The notes beneath the pieces are model-generated. The model was not told the DNA's origin. It saw only the letters and a program-made list of their open reading frames with translations, and searched no databases. A stretch of DNA of 64,000 nt from NCBI GenBank assembly GCA_004298675.1, contig SCRI01000086.1, positions 130,456 through 194,455 of the forward strand, given 5' to 3'. This document shows, in pieces, positions 1-10,745 of this stretch (positions are counted from its first letter, which is position 1; the number at the start of each line of letters is the position of its first letter). Source of the stretch: a bacterium. Its GTDB lineage: Bacteria; Vulcanimicrobiota; Vulcanimicrobiia; Vulcanimicrobiales; SCRA01. A program made the position numbers and the translations under genes.

Positions 1-1
1 C

Positions 2-733
2 GGGCGCGTGACGCGCTTGAAAGTCGACAACATGGAGCGGCAGCACAACGTGATGGTGGTGGAGCGTCCGAGCAAACCCTGGGGCGTGGTGGCGGCGGTG
101 CCGGGCGCGGGATTCGCGGAGATCTATCGCGACCTTGGCACCGAGGTCGTCCTGCGTGCCGATAGCCGCAGCGGTATCTCGGTGCGCGACGTCGTGCTCG
201 CCTGCAACTCCGCGCTGGAACCGGTCGTCTATCTGCTGCCCAACGATCCTAATCTGCTGTTGGTGGCGCGCGAGGCTGCGGAGCTGGTGCGCGGGCGTGA
301 GGTTCGCGTCGTCTCCACGCGCAACCCCGCGCACGGCGTCGGCGTGCTCTTCGCGCTAGGCGCGCGCGGGCACGAACAGCCGGACGTTGACGAGTTGGAG
401 GCGGCCGCTGGGTCGATCGCGGTGGGAAGTGTTTTCCTCGCGGGGAAGGATGCGACGTTCGGCGGGATCTCGATCTCCCGCGGCGAGCCCACGGGCTTAG
501 CGGGCAGCGAGATGTTGACCGAAGCCACAGTCGACGAGACGGTCGTGGCCGTGGTGCGCCGGATCGGCGGGGAGGAAGGTGGTTTGCTGACGCTCTACTA
601 CGGCGGAGTTCAAAAAGAACGGGATGCCGAGCGTCTCGCGCAGCGGCTGCGTACCGAGTCCGCGCGGCTCGAGGTACAATACTACTACGGCGGCCAGCCG
701 AGCTCGGAGTATGTGATCTCCCTTGAGCGATAA
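2..733 (+). CDS. DAK2-domain fusion protein YloV-like, C-terminal part (5' end outside window)
   Basis: The reading frame is open to the window edge. C-terminal motifs LPNDPNLLLVA, LTLYYGG and YYGGQPSSEYVISLE match my memory of YloV-family C-termini. It lies directly upstream of plsX. Confidence 0.75.
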   Translation, partial: GRVTRLKVDNMERQHNVMVVERPSKPWGVVAAVPGAGFAEIYRDLGTEVVLRADSRSGISVRDVVLACNSALEPVVYLLPNDPNLLLVAREAAELVRGREVRVVSTRNPAHGVGVLFALGARGHEQPDVDELEAAAGSIAVGSVFLAGKDATFGGISISRGEPTGLAGSEMLTEATVDETVVAVVRRIGGEEGGLLTLYYGGVQKERDAERLAQRLRTESARLEVQYYYGGQPSSEYVISLER

Positions 734-1760
734 CCAACCCAGGAGTAAGTCGCGCATCGCCGTCGATGCCATGGGGGGCGACAACGCACCGCAAGAGATC
801 GTCGCCGGCGCCGTGCAGGCCGCAAACGACGGCATCGCGGAGGTCGTCCTGGTCGGAGACCGCAGTGTGATCGAGACCTGCGCCACGGCGAAGGAGCTTG
901 CCGCCGTCGAGATCGTCGACGTGCGCGGACAGCCGGTGGCGATGGACGAGCACGCGGCGCAGGCGGCGCGGCGCGCCGACCAGACGAGCCTGGGCGTGGC
1001 GGTGAATCTGGTACGTGACGGCAAGGCCGCCGCCGTCGTTTCCGCCGGCAATACCGGGGCCTTCCATGCCATCGCGTTGTTGAGCCTGGGGCGTATCCGC
1101 GGGGTCAAACGCCCGGCCATCGCCACCGTGCTGCCCGCGCCCACCGGGCCGGTGCTCTTGCTGGACGCTGGAGCGAACGTCGACTGCAAGCCGGAGTACC
1201 TGCTGCAGTTCGGCTTGATGGGGGATGCATACGCACGCACGGTGATGGCGATCGCGCGCCCGCGCGTCGGTGTGCTCTCCATCGGCGAGGAGGCCACCAA
1301 GGGCAATGCGCTCGCCGTTGCCGCACACGAGCTGTTGGCGAAGGCGCCACTGCACTTTATCGGCAACGTCGAGGGCAAGGATATCATGTCGGGCGCAACC
1401 GACGTGGTGGTGACCGACGGGTTCGTCGGCAACGTCGTGCTGAAGTTCGGTGAGGGCATGTTCACGCAGCTCTTCGCGCTCTTGCGCGAGAGCATCATGT
1501 CGTCGGGCATCTTGGGGAGAGTGGGTGCGATCATGCTGCGCCGCGCTCTGCGCCCGCTGGGCGAGCGGCTGAACTGGGAGCGCTACGGCGGTGCTCCGCT
1601 ACTGGGGCTGCAGGGCATCTGTATCGTGACCCACGGGCGTGCGAAGGCGCTGGCGATTCGAAACTCGGTGCGGGCGGCGGCCGTTGCGGTGGAGCGGGGG
1701 CTCGTGAAAGCGATCGCGGACGAGATCGCGCACCCGCGCGAAAGCGGACTGAGCCGATGA
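723..1760 (+). CDS. plsX: phosphate acyltransferase PlsX
   Basis: 345 aa. The N-terminal IAVDAMGGDNAP, then GNTGA and the VTHG region, are typical PlsX motifs. Confidence 0.9.
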   Translation: MSDNQPRSKSRIAVDAMGGDNAPQEIVAGAVQAANDGIAEVVLVGDRSVIETCATAKELAAVEIVDVRGQPVAMDEHAAQAARRADQTSLGVAVNLVRDGKAAAVVSAGNTGAFHAIALLSLGRIRGVKRPAIATVLPAPTGPVLLLDAGANVDCKPEYLLQFGLMGDAYARTVMAIARPRVGVLSIGEEATKGNALAVAAHELLAKAPLHFIGNVEGKDIMSGATDVVVTDGFVGNVVLKFGEGMFTQLFALLRESIMSSGILGRVGAIMLRRALRPLGERLNWERYGGAPLLGLQGICIVTHGRAKALAIRNSVRAAAVAVERGLVKAIADEIAHPRESGLSR

Positions 1761-2602
1761 GCGTCGCAATCGTCACCGACTCGACCGCCGACCTCGAGCC
1801 CGCGCTCGCGCGCGAGCTCGGCGTAACCGTCGTCCCGCTCTACGTGATCTTCGGCCAGCAGCGCTATCTCGATGGCGTGGAGATGACGCGGGCAGAGTTC
1901 TTCAAACGCATGGCCGCCGGCGGCGCGCTGCCGAGCACCTCGCAGCCCACGTCGCAGGCCTTTGAAGATGCCTACCGGCCGCTCGTGGAAGCCGGGCACG
2001 AGGTCGTCTCCATCCACATCAGCTCAAAGCTCTCCGGCACCATCAACTCGGCCGGCGCGGGCGCGCAGGCGTTTGCACACGCCCGCATCGAGCGCTTCGA
2101 CTCGCAGACGGCCAGCGGCGGTCTGGGGCTGCTGGTGACGGGGGCCGCGCGCATGGCGCGCGAAGGCGCCGGCAGCGACGAGATCCTGGCCGCGCTGCAT
2201 GCGTGGCGCGCTTCGCAGCACGGCTACGCCGTGTTTCCCGATCTCAATCACCTGGTGCGCGGAGGCCGCATCGGCAAAGCGCGCGCCTTGGTGGGCGGAA
2301 TCCTGCGCATCGTCCCGATCGTGGAAGTCAAGGACGGCGAGGCACATGAATACGGCAAGGCACGCACGTTCACGCGCGGGCTCGATGACGTCGCGACGGC
2401 GGCCGTGAGCCATGTGCTCCGCCCCGAGGATGCGCGCCTGGCCGTCGTTCACACCAACGCTCCGGAGATCGCCGCCGAGCTGGTGGCGCGTCTGCGCGCG
2501 CGCCTGCCCGTACAGGCGCAGGAGATACTCACGGTGGCGGCCGGTCCGGCGATCGGCGTCCATGGCGGACCCGGCGCCGCCGGCGTCTTCTCGGTAGGAT
2601 AG
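1757..2602 (+). CDS. DegV family fatty-acid-binding protein
   Basis: 281 aa. It opens with VAIVTDSTADL and contains STSQPT and SSKLSGT, the DegV signature pattern. The start forms an ATGA overlap with plsX. Confidence 0.85.
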   Translation: MSVAIVTDSTADLEPALARELGVTVVPLYVIFGQQRYLDGVEMTRAEFFKRMAAGGALPSTSQPTSQAFEDAYRPLVEAGHEVVSIHISSKLSGTINSAGAGAQAFAHARIERFDSQTASGGLGLLVTGAARMAREGAGSDEILAALHAWRASQHGYAVFPDLNHLVRGGRIGKARALVGGILRIVPIVEVKDGEAHEYGKARTFTRGLDDVATAAVSHVLRPEDARLAVVHTNAPEIAAELVARLRARLPVQAQEILTVAAGPAIGVHGGPGAAGVFSVG

Positions 2603-3748
2603 ATGGCCGGCATCTACGTTCACCTGCCGTTCTGTCCGTATCTCTGCCCCTACTGCGACTTCGCGAAGTGGCCCTTCCGGCGCTCGCAGGCGCGCCGTTA
2701 CGTCGACGCGTTGCTGCGCGAGATCGAGGGCGCGCCGGCGCTACAGGGCGAAACGGTTTTTCTGGGCGGGGGAACGCCCAACGCGCTGCCAGTCGAGGAT
2801 CTGCTGGCGGTGCTGGATGCGGTGCGGCGACGCTTCTCCGTGGCGGCGGGTGCGGAGGTCAGCGTGGAGGTGAATCCGGACGCGGGCTCGTTCGACGGTT
2901 TTGCCGCGTACGTCGCGCACGGCGTGACACGCTTCTCGGTCGGTGTGCAGTCGTTCGACGCAGACGAGCTGCGCACGTTGGGAAGGCGTCACAGCCCTGC
3001 CGACATCGCCGCCTGCGTGGCGGCAGCGCGTGCGGCGGGTGCGCGTTCGATCGGCATCGACTTGATCTTCGCGGTGCCGGGACAGACGGTAGCAAGCTGG
3101 CGGCGCTCGCTCGCGCAGGCGCTCGCGTTGGGCATCGATCACCTCTCGTGCTACGGTCTGACGGTGGAGCAAGGGACGCCGTATGCCGCCTGGCAGGCGC
3201 GTGAGCCTGCGGCGTTTCAGGATTCCGACGCCGAGGCGGAGCTGTATGCCGCGGCGATCGAGACGCTGGAGCACGAGGGGTTCGAGCACTACGAGATCTC
3301 CAACTTCGCGCGCCCCGGACGGCGCAGCGCGCACAATTGGAATTATTGGCAAAACGGTGAGTATCTGGGCTTGGGGGTGAGCGCGGCGTCGTTTCTCGCG
3401 GGCGAGCGTTCAGTTGCTACGAAGAGCCTGGAGACCTACTGCGCGGCGCTCGAGGCCGGTCACGAGGTGCCCCGCGAGCGCGAGCGCTTGAGCGGCGCGG
3501 CGGCGGCGGGCGAGGCGATCATGTTGCTTCTGCGCACGGCAGAGGGGGTAGCGGTCGAGCCGTTCAATCAACGTTACGGCGTTGACATACTGTCCTCATA
3601 CCGGCCCGCGATCGATCGGCTGGCGGATGCGGGCCTCATCATCGCCTCGGAACGGCGGATCGCCCTGACGCCGCGCGGCCGCTTCCTCGCCAACGACGTA
3701 TGCGCAGAGTTCATTGCGCCGGGAACGAGGTCCGAGGGCCGGCCGTAG
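2603..3748 (+). CDS. hemW: radical SAM heme chaperone HemW (HemN-like, oxygen-independent coproporphyrinogen oxidase family)
   Basis: 381 aa. It has the YVHLPFCPYLCPYCDF radical-SAM CxxxCxxC motif, GGGTP, and a HemN-like C-terminal domain. Confidence 0.85.
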   Translation: MAGIYVHLPFCPYLCPYCDFAKWPFRRSQARRYVDALLREIEGAPALQGETVFLGGGTPNALPVEDLLAVLDAVRRRFSVAAGAEVSVEVNPDAGSFDGFAAYVAHGVTRFSVGVQSFDADELRTLGRRHSPADIAACVAAARAAGARSIGIDLIFAVPGQTVASWRRSLAQALALGIDHLSCYGLTVEQGTPYAAWQAREPAAFQDSDAEAELYAAAIETLEHEGFEHYEISNFARPGRRSAHNWNYWQNGEYLGLGVSAASFLAGERSVATKSLETYCAALEAGHEVPRERERLSGAAAAGEAIMLLLRTAEGVAVEPFNQRYGVDILSSYRPAIDRLADAGLIIASERRIALTPRGRFLANDVCAEFIAPGTRSEGRP

Positions 3749-3758
3749 GGTTGTAACC

Positions 3759-4817
3759 GTGCTACGCCTGATTTTTGCCATCATCCTCGCCGCGACGGGT
3801 TTCCTTTTGGGGCGCGAGGCCTACCTGCACTTGCTCTCCCAGCACGTCGCGGGACAGTACTGGCAGTTCACGCTGCTCTTCGTGACACCGGTCATCGGTG
3901 CCGCGCTGGGCGTGTTGATCGCTCCGTCGGTGCAGCAGCTCTTCGAGCACGAGCTGACCGAGGCCGAGAGCTCCATCGAGCGCATGTCGCCTCCGGAGAT
4001 CGTGGGCGGCGCAATCGGGCTCATCGTCGGCCTGCTGATCGCCTTCCTCGTCCGTCTGGTTCTGCTGGAGTGGTTCGCCGTCGCGGGCGCTGCCGGCACG
4101 TATATCGGCCTAGCCCTCTACCTGATCGTCAGCGTCTTCTGCGTGTACCTGGGCGTGCGCGTGGGCGTGAAGCAGCGGCTGGGATGGCTGGCGCGCACGG
4201 GCGGCGGGGTCCCGGCCAACGTACAGCGCGCGATCCCCAAGATCGTCGACACCTCCGTGATCATCGACGGGCGCATCGTCGATATCGCCAAGACGGGGTT
4301 TGTCGACGGGCCGATGGTGGTGCCGCGCTTCGTGCTGCGCGAGCTGCAGATGATCGCCGACTCGCTCGACTCGCTCAAGCGCACGCGCGGACGGCGGGGG
4401 CTGGAGGTACTCTCGACGTTGCAGGAGAGCATGACCCTGGAGATCGCCGAGTCGGATTACGCGGACATCCACGAGGTCGACGCCAAACTCGTGCGGCTGG
4501 CGCGCGATCGCAAAGGCAAGTTGCTCACCAACGACTACAATCTCAACCGCGTGGCTCAGCTCGAGGGCGTCACGGTGCTCAATATCAACGAGCTGGCCAA
4601 TGCCGTCAAGCCGGTGGTGCTGCCGGGTGAGGAGCTCAACGTCAACATCATTCGCGACGGCAAGGAGATGAACCAGGGCGTCGGCTATCTGGACGATGGC
4701 ACCATGATCGTGGTCGAAAACGGCAAGCGGCTGATCGGAGAGCACGTCGACGTACAGGTCACGAGCGTCCTGCAGACGGTGGCCGGGCGCATGATCTTCG
4801 CGAGGCCCAAGCGCTAG
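3759..4817 (+). CDS. PIN/TRAM domain membrane protein (YacL-like)
   Basis: N-terminal transmembrane helices are followed by a PIN-like region (IVDTSVIIDGRI) and a C-terminal TRAM-like region (VDVQVTSVLQTVAGRMIFA). I chose the GTG at 3759 over the ATG at 3714, which would overlap hemW by 35 nt. The position upstream of ispD matches B. subtilis yacL. Confidence 0.7.
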   Translation: MLRLIFAIILAATGFLLGREAYLHLLSQHVAGQYWQFTLLFVTPVIGAALGVLIAPSVQQLFEHELTEAESSIERMSPPEIVGGAIGLIVGLLIAFLVRLVLLEWFAVAGAAGTYIGLALYLIVSVFCVYLGVRVGVKQRLGWLARTGGGVPANVQRAIPKIVDTSVIIDGRIVDIAKTGFVDGPMVVPRFVLRELQMIADSLDSLKRTRGRRGLEVLSTLQESMTLEIAESDYADIHEVDAKLVRLARDRKGKLLTNDYNLNRVAQLEGVTVLNINELANAVKPVVLPGEELNVNIIRDGKEMNQGVGYLDDGTMIVVENGKRLIGEHVDVQVTSVLQTVAGRMIFARPKR

Positions 4818-5512
4818 TGCCACTCTCCGGCTGGTGCGCGATCGTGACGGCGGCGGGTCAAGGACGGCGTTTTGGCGGACGCAAGCAGCTGGTGGAACTG
4901 CGCGGGCGGCCGCTGGTGGAGTGGTGCGTGGCGACGTTCGCCGCGTTGGAGGAGATACGCGCGATCGTGGTGGCCTGTGAGCCGGACGAGCTCGCGCGCA
5001 TGATCGAGCTGCTGACGCCGGCGGCGGCGGGAAAGCTAGCGGCGGTTGTTCCCGGCGGGCCGACGCGCCAGGAGAGCGTGGCGCGCGGCTTGACGGCGGT
5101 GCCTTCGCAGTGCGAGGGCATCTTCGTTCACGACGGCGCGCGGCCGCTCGTGAGCGCGGCCGACGTGCGTGCGACGCTGCTGGCCGCGCGGCCGGGGCGC
5201 GCGGCGGTGCTGGCCTCGCCGGTGGTGGACACGATCAAGCGCGTCGACGAGCGCGGGCGTGTCGTCGAGACGCTGCCGCGCAGCGAGCTGTGGGCGGCAA
5301 CGACGCCGCAAGCGTTTGCGGCCGAGGATCTGCGTGCGGCTCACCGCGCCGCGGCCGCCGCGGGCGTGCTGCAGACGGATGACGTCGCACTGGCGGAGCG
5401 GCTGGGCATCGAGACGGTCGTGGTCGCGGCGCAGTCGCCCAATCCGAAGGTCACGCATCCATTCGACCTCGACGTCGTCGAGAGATTGGCGGAGTCTCAT
5501 GGCTATCGGTGA
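4817..5512 (+). CDS. ispD: 2-C-methyl-D-erythritol 4-phosphate cytidylyltransferase
   Basis: 231 aa. It has AAGQGRRFG near the N-terminus, VHDGARP and DTIK, which are IspD motifs. Confidence 0.9.
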   Translation: MPLSGWCAIVTAAGQGRRFGGRKQLVELRGRPLVEWCVATFAALEEIRAIVVACEPDELARMIELLTPAAAGKLAAVVPGGPTRQESVARGLTAVPSQCEGIFVHDGARPLVSAADVRATLLAARPGRAAVLASPVVDTIKRVDERGRVVETLPRSELWAATTPQAFAAEDLRAAHRAAAAAGVLQTDDVALAERLGIETVVVAAQSPNPKVTHPFDLDVVERLAESHGYR

Positions 5513-5993
5513 GATGAGCAGCAGCCGCGTCGGCATCGGCTACGACGCGCATCCGTTGGCGGCGGGGAGGCCGCTGATCTTAGGCGGAGTGCGCGTCGAG
5601 CACGAGCTGGGTCTGCTCGGCTACTCCGATGCGGACGTCTTGACGCATGCCATCGCCGACGCAGTGCTGGGGGCCGCCGCACTCGGAGACCTGGGCGGGC
5701 GCTTCCCGGCCAGCGATCCGCGTTGGCAAGACGCGGACTCGCTGCGCATGCTGGCGGAGTGCGCCGGCGCGGTGCGTGAGGTGGGCTGGGATCTGGCCAA
5801 CGTCGATGCCGTGCTGGTGGCGCAGCGCCCGCGCCTGGGGGGCTTGGTGGACGCGATGCGTGAGAATCTCGCACGCGCGCTCTTCGTTCCGGTCGTGGCG
5901 GTGAGTCTCAAAGTCAAATCTCCCGAAGGGCTGGGCTTCGAGGGTGAGGAGAAGGGGATGAGCGCGCGCGCCGTCGCCTTGCTGGAGCGATGA
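5499..5993 (+). CDS. ispF: 2-C-methyl-D-erythritol 2,4-cyclodiphosphate synthase
   Basis: The IspF-like part of the 5169..5993 ORF begins at the ATG at 5499. Motifs: RVGIGYDAHPL, GYSDADVLTHAI, GDLGGRFP. Confidence 0.9.
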   Translation: MAIGEMSSSRVGIGYDAHPLAAGRPLILGGVRVEHELGLLGYSDADVLTHAIADAVLGAAALGDLGGRFPASDPRWQDADSLRMLAECAGAVREVGWDLANVDAVLVAQRPRLGGLVDAMRENLARALFVPVVAVSLKVKSPEGLGFEGEEKGMSARAVALLER

Positions 5994-7495
5994 TGGATTC
6001 GATCACGCCGCTACGGGTGCGTTTCGCGCCCTCGCCGACGGGGAGCTTGCACGTAGGCGGCGCACGTACCGCGCTCTTCAACGTGCTGCTGGCGCGCCGC
6101 TTGGGCGGCAAAGCGGTGCTGCGCTTGGAGGATACCGACGAGACGCGCAGCGTCAGCGGCAGCGAGGAGGGACTGCTGGCCGATCTCGCGTGGCTGGGTT
6201 TGACCTTCGACGAAGGGCCGGCCAATGGCGGACCGTACGGTCCCTACCGTCAGTCGGAGCGGTTGCCGGTCTATGCCGACATCGCGCGGCGTCTGATCGA
6301 AACCGGTCACGCCTACCGCTGCTACTGCACGCCGGCGGAGTTGGACGCGGAGCGCCGCCGGCAGTTGGCGGAGGGCATCAAGGCGCCGCGTTACTCCGGG
6401 CGTTGCCGCACGCTGGATGAGGCGGCGCGCGCGGCCTTCACACGCGAGGGGCGCGCCGCCGTGGTGCGCTTCGCGGTTGAGCCCGGGGAGACGGTGGTTC
6501 AGGACCTCGTGCACGGCGAGGTGCGCTTCGATCATCACCACCTCGGCGATTTCGTGATGCTCAAGTCCAGCGGCTGGCCCACCTACAACCTGGCCGCCGC
6601 CGTGGACGACGCGACCATGGACATCACGCTGGTGATGCGTGCCGACGAGCATCTGCCCAACACGCCGGCGCAGTTGATGATCCTCGCCGCCCTGGGTTTG
6701 CGCCCGCCACGCTACGCGCACGTGCCGCTCATCTTGAACGCCGAGCATCAGAAGTTATCCAAGCGCCACAACACCGTGGGCGTGGGCGAGTTCCGTACGC
6801 AAGGCATCCTGCCGCAAGCGCTGGTGAACTATTTGGCGTTTCTGGGTTGGACTCCGGAGGGGGAGCGCCAACTCTACACGTTTGAGGAGCTCGTGCAGGT
6901 CTTCGAGTTGGAGCGCATCCACCGCGCGCCGGCCGTCTTCGACGAACGGCGGCTGCGCTGGATGAACCGCCAGTATCTGCAGCGCTTGCCGCGCGCGGAG
7001 TTCGAAGGCCTGCTCGTGGAGGCGTTTCGCGGAGCGGGTCTGCTGAAGGAACTGGTAGACGAGGATTCGCAGTCAGCCGCGCTGGCATGGGCGTCGATCT
7101 TCGTCGATGCCTTCGGCGAGGGCCTGGAAACGATCGCCGATGCCGTGCCGATCGCGCGCGAGTTGGGCAACCGCGTGCCCGTGCTCGACGCCGCGCAGTC
7201 CGGCGTCGAGAGTAGCGCGGAGGTGCGAGCCTATCTGCGAGACGTTCGCGACTACGTCACCGGGATGGCCGCGAAGCGCGCGAACGAGGCGGGGCTGCTG
7301 CGCGATCTGCCGCTCTCCGTCGATCTGCCGGCGCTGGCGGCACGGCATGGCTTGGAGAAGCGCGACGCCTATCGCTGCGTCCGGGTCGCTCTCACCGGGC
7401 AAGAGCACGGCGCGCCGCTGCAGCTGCTGTTCGCGCTTCTCGGCGCCGCCAAGATCGAGGAGCGGCTGGATGCCGCGCTCGCTATAAGACACTAA
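5990..7495 (+). CDS. gltX: glutamate--tRNA ligase
   Basis: 501 aa. It has a class I HIGH-type motif (PSPTGSLHVGGART) and a KMSKS-type motif (KLSKR). The start forms an ATGA overlap with ispF. Confidence 0.9.
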   Translation: MMDSITPLRVRFAPSPTGSLHVGGARTALFNVLLARRLGGKAVLRLEDTDETRSVSGSEEGLLADLAWLGLTFDEGPANGGPYGPYRQSERLPVYADIARRLIETGHAYRCYCTPAELDAERRRQLAEGIKAPRYSGRCRTLDEAARAAFTREGRAAVVRFAVEPGETVVQDLVHGEVRFDHHHLGDFVMLKSSGWPTYNLAAAVDDATMDITLVMRADEHLPNTPAQLMILAALGLRPPRYAHVPLILNAEHQKLSKRHNTVGVGEFRTQGILPQALVNYLAFLGWTPEGERQLYTFEELVQVFELERIHRAPAVFDERRLRWMNRQYLQRLPRAEFEGLLVEAFRGAGLLKELVDEDSQSAALAWASIFVDAFGEGLETIADAVPIARELGNRVPVLDAAQSGVESSAEVRAYLRDVRDYVTGMAAKRANEAGLLRDLPLSVDLPALAARHGLEKRDAYRCVRVALTGQEHGAPLQLLFALLGAAKIEERLDAALAIRH

Positions 7496-7710
7496 CTTGA
7501 GCAAGTATCTTTGGTATAAAGATGCGCAGGAGTGCGCGGCTCGTTGGCGCGAAATCGCTGCGAGCCATGGATACCTGCTCGTCCTTCCATCGCCCGTGCT
7601 GTCGACGCTGTAAACGCTAATCGCGAAACCCGCGCGCCTCGCGGCGCGTTGCAGCAGCACCCGGTGGCCGAGGCCGCCGCACCGATAGGGACAGAGTTCG
7701 AGAGACTACC

Positions 7711-8376
7711 ATGCGTACCCCATTGCTTTTGGCCGACTTGCGCGCCGCGCTGGAGCGCGACCCCGCCGCCACGTCGTGGATCGAGGTCGTCCTGTGCTAT
7801 CCGGGGTTTCACGCCATCGTGATGCATCGGCTCGTCCACGCGATGTGGCGAGCGCGCATACCCCTGCTACCGCGCCTGCTCTCTCAGTTCGCGCGCTTTC
7901 TCACCGGTATCGAGATCCACCCCGGTGCCACGATCGGCCCGGGCTTCTTCGTGGATCACGGTATGGGAGTGGTGATCGGCGAGACCACGGAGATCGGCCG
8001 CGATGTGACCCTCTATCAGGGCGTGACGCTGGGCGGGACCTCGCTGCAACGGGGGAAGCGCCATCCCACGCTGGAGGACGGCGTGACGATCGGCGTTGGG
8101 GCGGCGGTCCTAGGCGCTATCACGGTGGGCGCCAACGCGAAGGTAGGCGGTGGCAGCGTCGTCGTCAAGGACGTGCCGCCAGACTCGACCGTGGTCGGCA
8201 TTCCTGGGCGCGTGGTGGCGCAGAACGGCGTGCCGATACGCGCGGTCAGCGAGCGGCCGCACGTGGAGATGCCCGATCCGGAGATGGAGCAGATCGCCGA
8301 GTTACGCGCGCGGGTGGCGCGTCTGGAACGCTTACTGGAGGAACGCGGCGGGCAGGATGTCTCTGCGGCTCTATAA
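7711..8376 (+). CDS. cysE: serine O-acetyltransferase
   Basis: 221 aa. It has hexapeptide-repeat left-handed beta-helix sequence ([28 protein letters not shown]), typical of CysE. Confidence 0.9.
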   Translation: MRTPLLLADLRAALERDPAATSWIEVVLCYPGFHAIVMHRLVHAMWRARIPLLPRLLSQFARFLTGIEIHPGATIGPGFFVDHGMGVVIGETTEIGRDVTLYQGVTLGGTSLQRGKRHPTLEDGVTIGVGAAVLGAITVGANAKVGGGSVVVKDVPPDSTVVGIPGRVVAQNGVPIRAVSERPHVEMPDPEMEQIAELRARVARLERLLEERGGQDVSAAL

Positions 8377-9847
8377 CTCGCGCACCCGCGCTGTCGAGAC
8401 ATTCACCCCACTGGACGGCAATCGCGTCCGCATCTACATGTGCGGTCTCACGCCGTCGGCGGATCCCCATCTGGGCCACGCGCGCTCGATGCTCTTCTTC
8501 GACGTGCTGCGCCGCTATCTGGATTTTCTGGGCTACGCGGTGACCTACGTGCAGAACGTCACCGACATCGACGACAAGATCATCAAGCGCGCCGCGGACG
8601 AGGGCGTGACCTGGCACGACATCGTCGAGAAGTACTACGGCAGCTTCGCAGCCAGCCTCGACAAGCTCGGCGTGCGCCGGCCGGAGGTCGAGCCGCGCGC
8701 CACCGAGCACGTACCGAAGATCATTGAAATCATACGCGGGTTGGAGCGTAAGGGCATCGCGTACGAGAGCGACGACGGCGTCTACTACAGCGTGCGCGCG
8801 TGGCCCGCGTACGGCCAGCTCTCGGGGCGCCATATCGACGATTTGCTGGAGAGCGTGCGCATCGATGCCAGCGAGCACAAACGCGACCCGCTCGACTTTG
8901 CGCTGTGGAAGAAGCAGAAGCCGGGAGAGCCGGCGTGGGAGTCGCCTTGGGGACCGGGGCGTCCCGGCTGGCACATCGAGTGTTCGGCGATGTCGTGGGA
9001 GTATCTGGGTGAGCCTTTCGACATTCACGGCGGCGGATTGGATTTGATCTTCCCCCACCACGAAAATGAAGTTGCGCAGACGGAGCCGTTGCTCGACGGC
9101 GGCTTCATGGCCAACTTCTGGGTGCACACGGGACTCCTGTTCTTCGATGGCTCGAAAATGTCGAAGAGTCTCGGCAATTTCGTACCCCTGGAGGAGGAGT
9201 TGCGCCGGCACGATCCACGCGCGCTGCGCACGCTCTTCCTGCAGATCGACTATCGTAAGCAGGCCAACTTTACCGTGGACTCCATCGCCGCCGCGACCAA
9301 AGGCTTGCAGCGCCTGGACGAGACGCTTGCCGATCTGGCGGTGCGCGGGGGCGTGGCGCATTTGGATGAGTTAGAGGCGCTCGACGCGTTGCGTGCGCCC
9401 GCGCCGGCGGCTGAGAGCATGGTGCGCGCTCTGCGCGAGGCATTGGACGCCGACATGAGCACGGCGGGGGCGCTGGCGGCGCTCTTCGGTTGGCTGCCCG
9501 GCACGCGTGCCCTCGAAGGCGAGCCGGCAGCGCAAGCGGCGCGCGCGCTCTACGGTGCGATGTGGATCCTTGGCGTTGCGCCGCGAGTCGAGCGCACGGC
9601 ACGGCCGGCCGATCTGCTGAATAGCGGTCAGGTCGAGCAGTTGCGCGGCCTCTATGCCGTGGAGGTTGGCCCGGCGCCCAACGGCAAACAGCCGGGCGAG
9701 ATGGTGGAAGAGATTGTCGAGTTGCGTGACAAGGCCCGCCGGGCGCGGGATTTCGCGCGTAGCGACTCGCTGCGCGATGCACTGGCGGGCGCGGGCATCG
9801 TGGTGAAGGACGGTAAGGAGGGCAGCACGTGGAGCGTCGTGCGGTAG
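8357..9847 (+). CDS. cysS: cysteine--tRNA ligase
   Basis: The CysS-like sequence starts at the ATG at 8357 ([11 protein letters not shown]). Motifs: [15 protein letters not shown] (HIGH-type), [17 protein letters not shown]. Confidence 0.9.
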   Translation: MSLRLYNSRTRAVETFTPLDGNRVRIYMCGLTPSADPHLGHARSMLFFDVLRRYLDFLGYAVTYVQNVTDIDDKIIKRAADEGVTWHDIVEKYYGSFAASLDKLGVRRPEVEPRATEHVPKIIEIIRGLERKGIAYESDDGVYYSVRAWPAYGQLSGRHIDDLLESVRIDASEHKRDPLDFALWKKQKPGEPAWESPWGPGRPGWHIECSAMSWEYLGEPFDIHGGGLDLIFPHHENEVAQTEPLLDGGFMANFWVHTGLLFFDGSKMSKSLGNFVPLEEELRRHDPRALRTLFLQIDYRKQANFTVDSIAAATKGLQRLDETLADLAVRGGVAHLDELEALDALRAPAPAAESMVRALREALDADMSTAGALAALFGWLPGTRALEGEPAAQAARALYGAMWILGVAPRVERTARPADLLNSGQVEQLRGLYAVEVGPAPNGKQPGEMVEEIVELRDKARRARDFARSDSLRDALAGAGIVVKDGKEGSTWSVVR

Positions 9848-10590
9848 CGCCGGTCAGTGACGTCGTCTACGGCATCCATGCCGTGGACGAGGCGCTCAGC
9901 GGCGGCGAGCACTTCCGGCGTATCCACGTCGGCAAGCAGCGCACGCGCGAGCCGCTCGTACGCAAGATCCTGGATGCCGCGCGCTCGTCGGGCTGCGCGG
10001 TGCGCTTGGAGGAGGCGGCGTTCTTCGAGCGCTTTCCGTTCAAGGCGCACCAGCAGGTGGTGGCGTATTCGGATCCCTTCGAATACGCGCGCCTGGACGA
10101 TCTGCTGGCCGCGCCCGCGCCCAGGCTGATCGTCGTGCTCGATCACCTGACCGATCCTCACAACCTGGGCGCCATCGCGCGCACGGCCGAAGGCGCGGGG
10201 GCGACGGGTATCGTGATCCCGGAACGCCGCAGCGTCGGAGTCAACGCCACCGTGCGCAAGGCCTCGGCGGGTGCCGTAGCGCACTTGCCGATCGTGCAGG
10301 TCACCAACGTCTCGCAGGCGCTGCGGACGATGAAGGAAGCCGGTATCTGGGTAGCCGGTGCCGCTGGCGGTACCGGCGCGCTCACCTACACACGCGCCGA
10401 CTTCAGCGGCGATATCTGTCTCGTGATCGGCGCGGAAGGCGCCGGCTTGGCCGACCTGGTGCGCAAACAGTGCGACTATCTCGTGAGCATTCCGATGCTC
10501 GGGAAGACGGCTTCGCTCAACGCCTCGGTCGCTGCGGGTATCCTGCTCTACGAAGTCCTGCGGCAGCGTAATCAGGCCCCTGCCACCTAG
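9829..10590 (+). CDS. rlmB: 23S rRNA (guanosine-2'-O)-methyltransferase RlmB / TrmH family (YacO-like)
   Basis: 253 aa SpoU/TrmH methyltransferase (LDHLTDPHNLGAIARTAEGAG, IPMLGKTASLNASVAAGILLYE). The position after cysS matches B. subtilis yacO. Confidence 0.85.
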   Translation: MERRAVAPVSDVVYGIHAVDEALSGGEHFRRIHVGKQRTREPLVRKILDAARSSGCAVRLEEAAFFERFPFKAHQQVVAYSDPFEYARLDDLLAAPAPRLIVVLDHLTDPHNLGAIARTAEGAGATGIVIPERRSVGVNATVRKASAGAVAHLPIVQVTNVSQALRTMKEAGIWVAGAAGGTGALTYTRADFSGDICLVIGAEGAGLADLVRKQCDYLVSIPMLGKTASLNASVAAGILLYEVLRQRNQAPAT

Positions 10591-10637
10591 ACAGGCAGCG
10601 CCGTCGCGCTACGACTGAAAACTCCTGCCGCTCGTGG

Positions 10638-10667
10638 TTGACGCGGCTAGCAGGAGACTCCTATAAT
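10638..10667 (+). promoter_or_regulatory. sigma-70-type promoter candidate for sigH
   Basis: TTGACG (10638-10643), an 18-nt spacer, then TATAAT (10662-10667). It lies about 80 nt upstream of the sigH ATG. Confidence 0.45.
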
Positions 10668-10745
10668 GTCCTATGTGCGGGGCGGCCGACGAGCTGCGGC
10701 TTGCGCTTCGCCTCCACGGAGACCCAGGGGGAGAGATCAAGATTC

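Noticed and set aside
7496-7710. Possible T-box riboswitch in the 215-nt gltX-cysE intergenic leader. B. subtilis cysES is T-box regulated.
   Set aside because: I found GC-rich hairpins (for example CGCGCC-TCGC-GGCGCG near 7635-7650). I did not find a convincing T-box sequence (AAnnnGGGTGGTACCGCG-like), AGAGA/GA-motif Stem I elements, or a terminator with a U-tract. A covariance-model scan (Rfam RF00230) would settle it.
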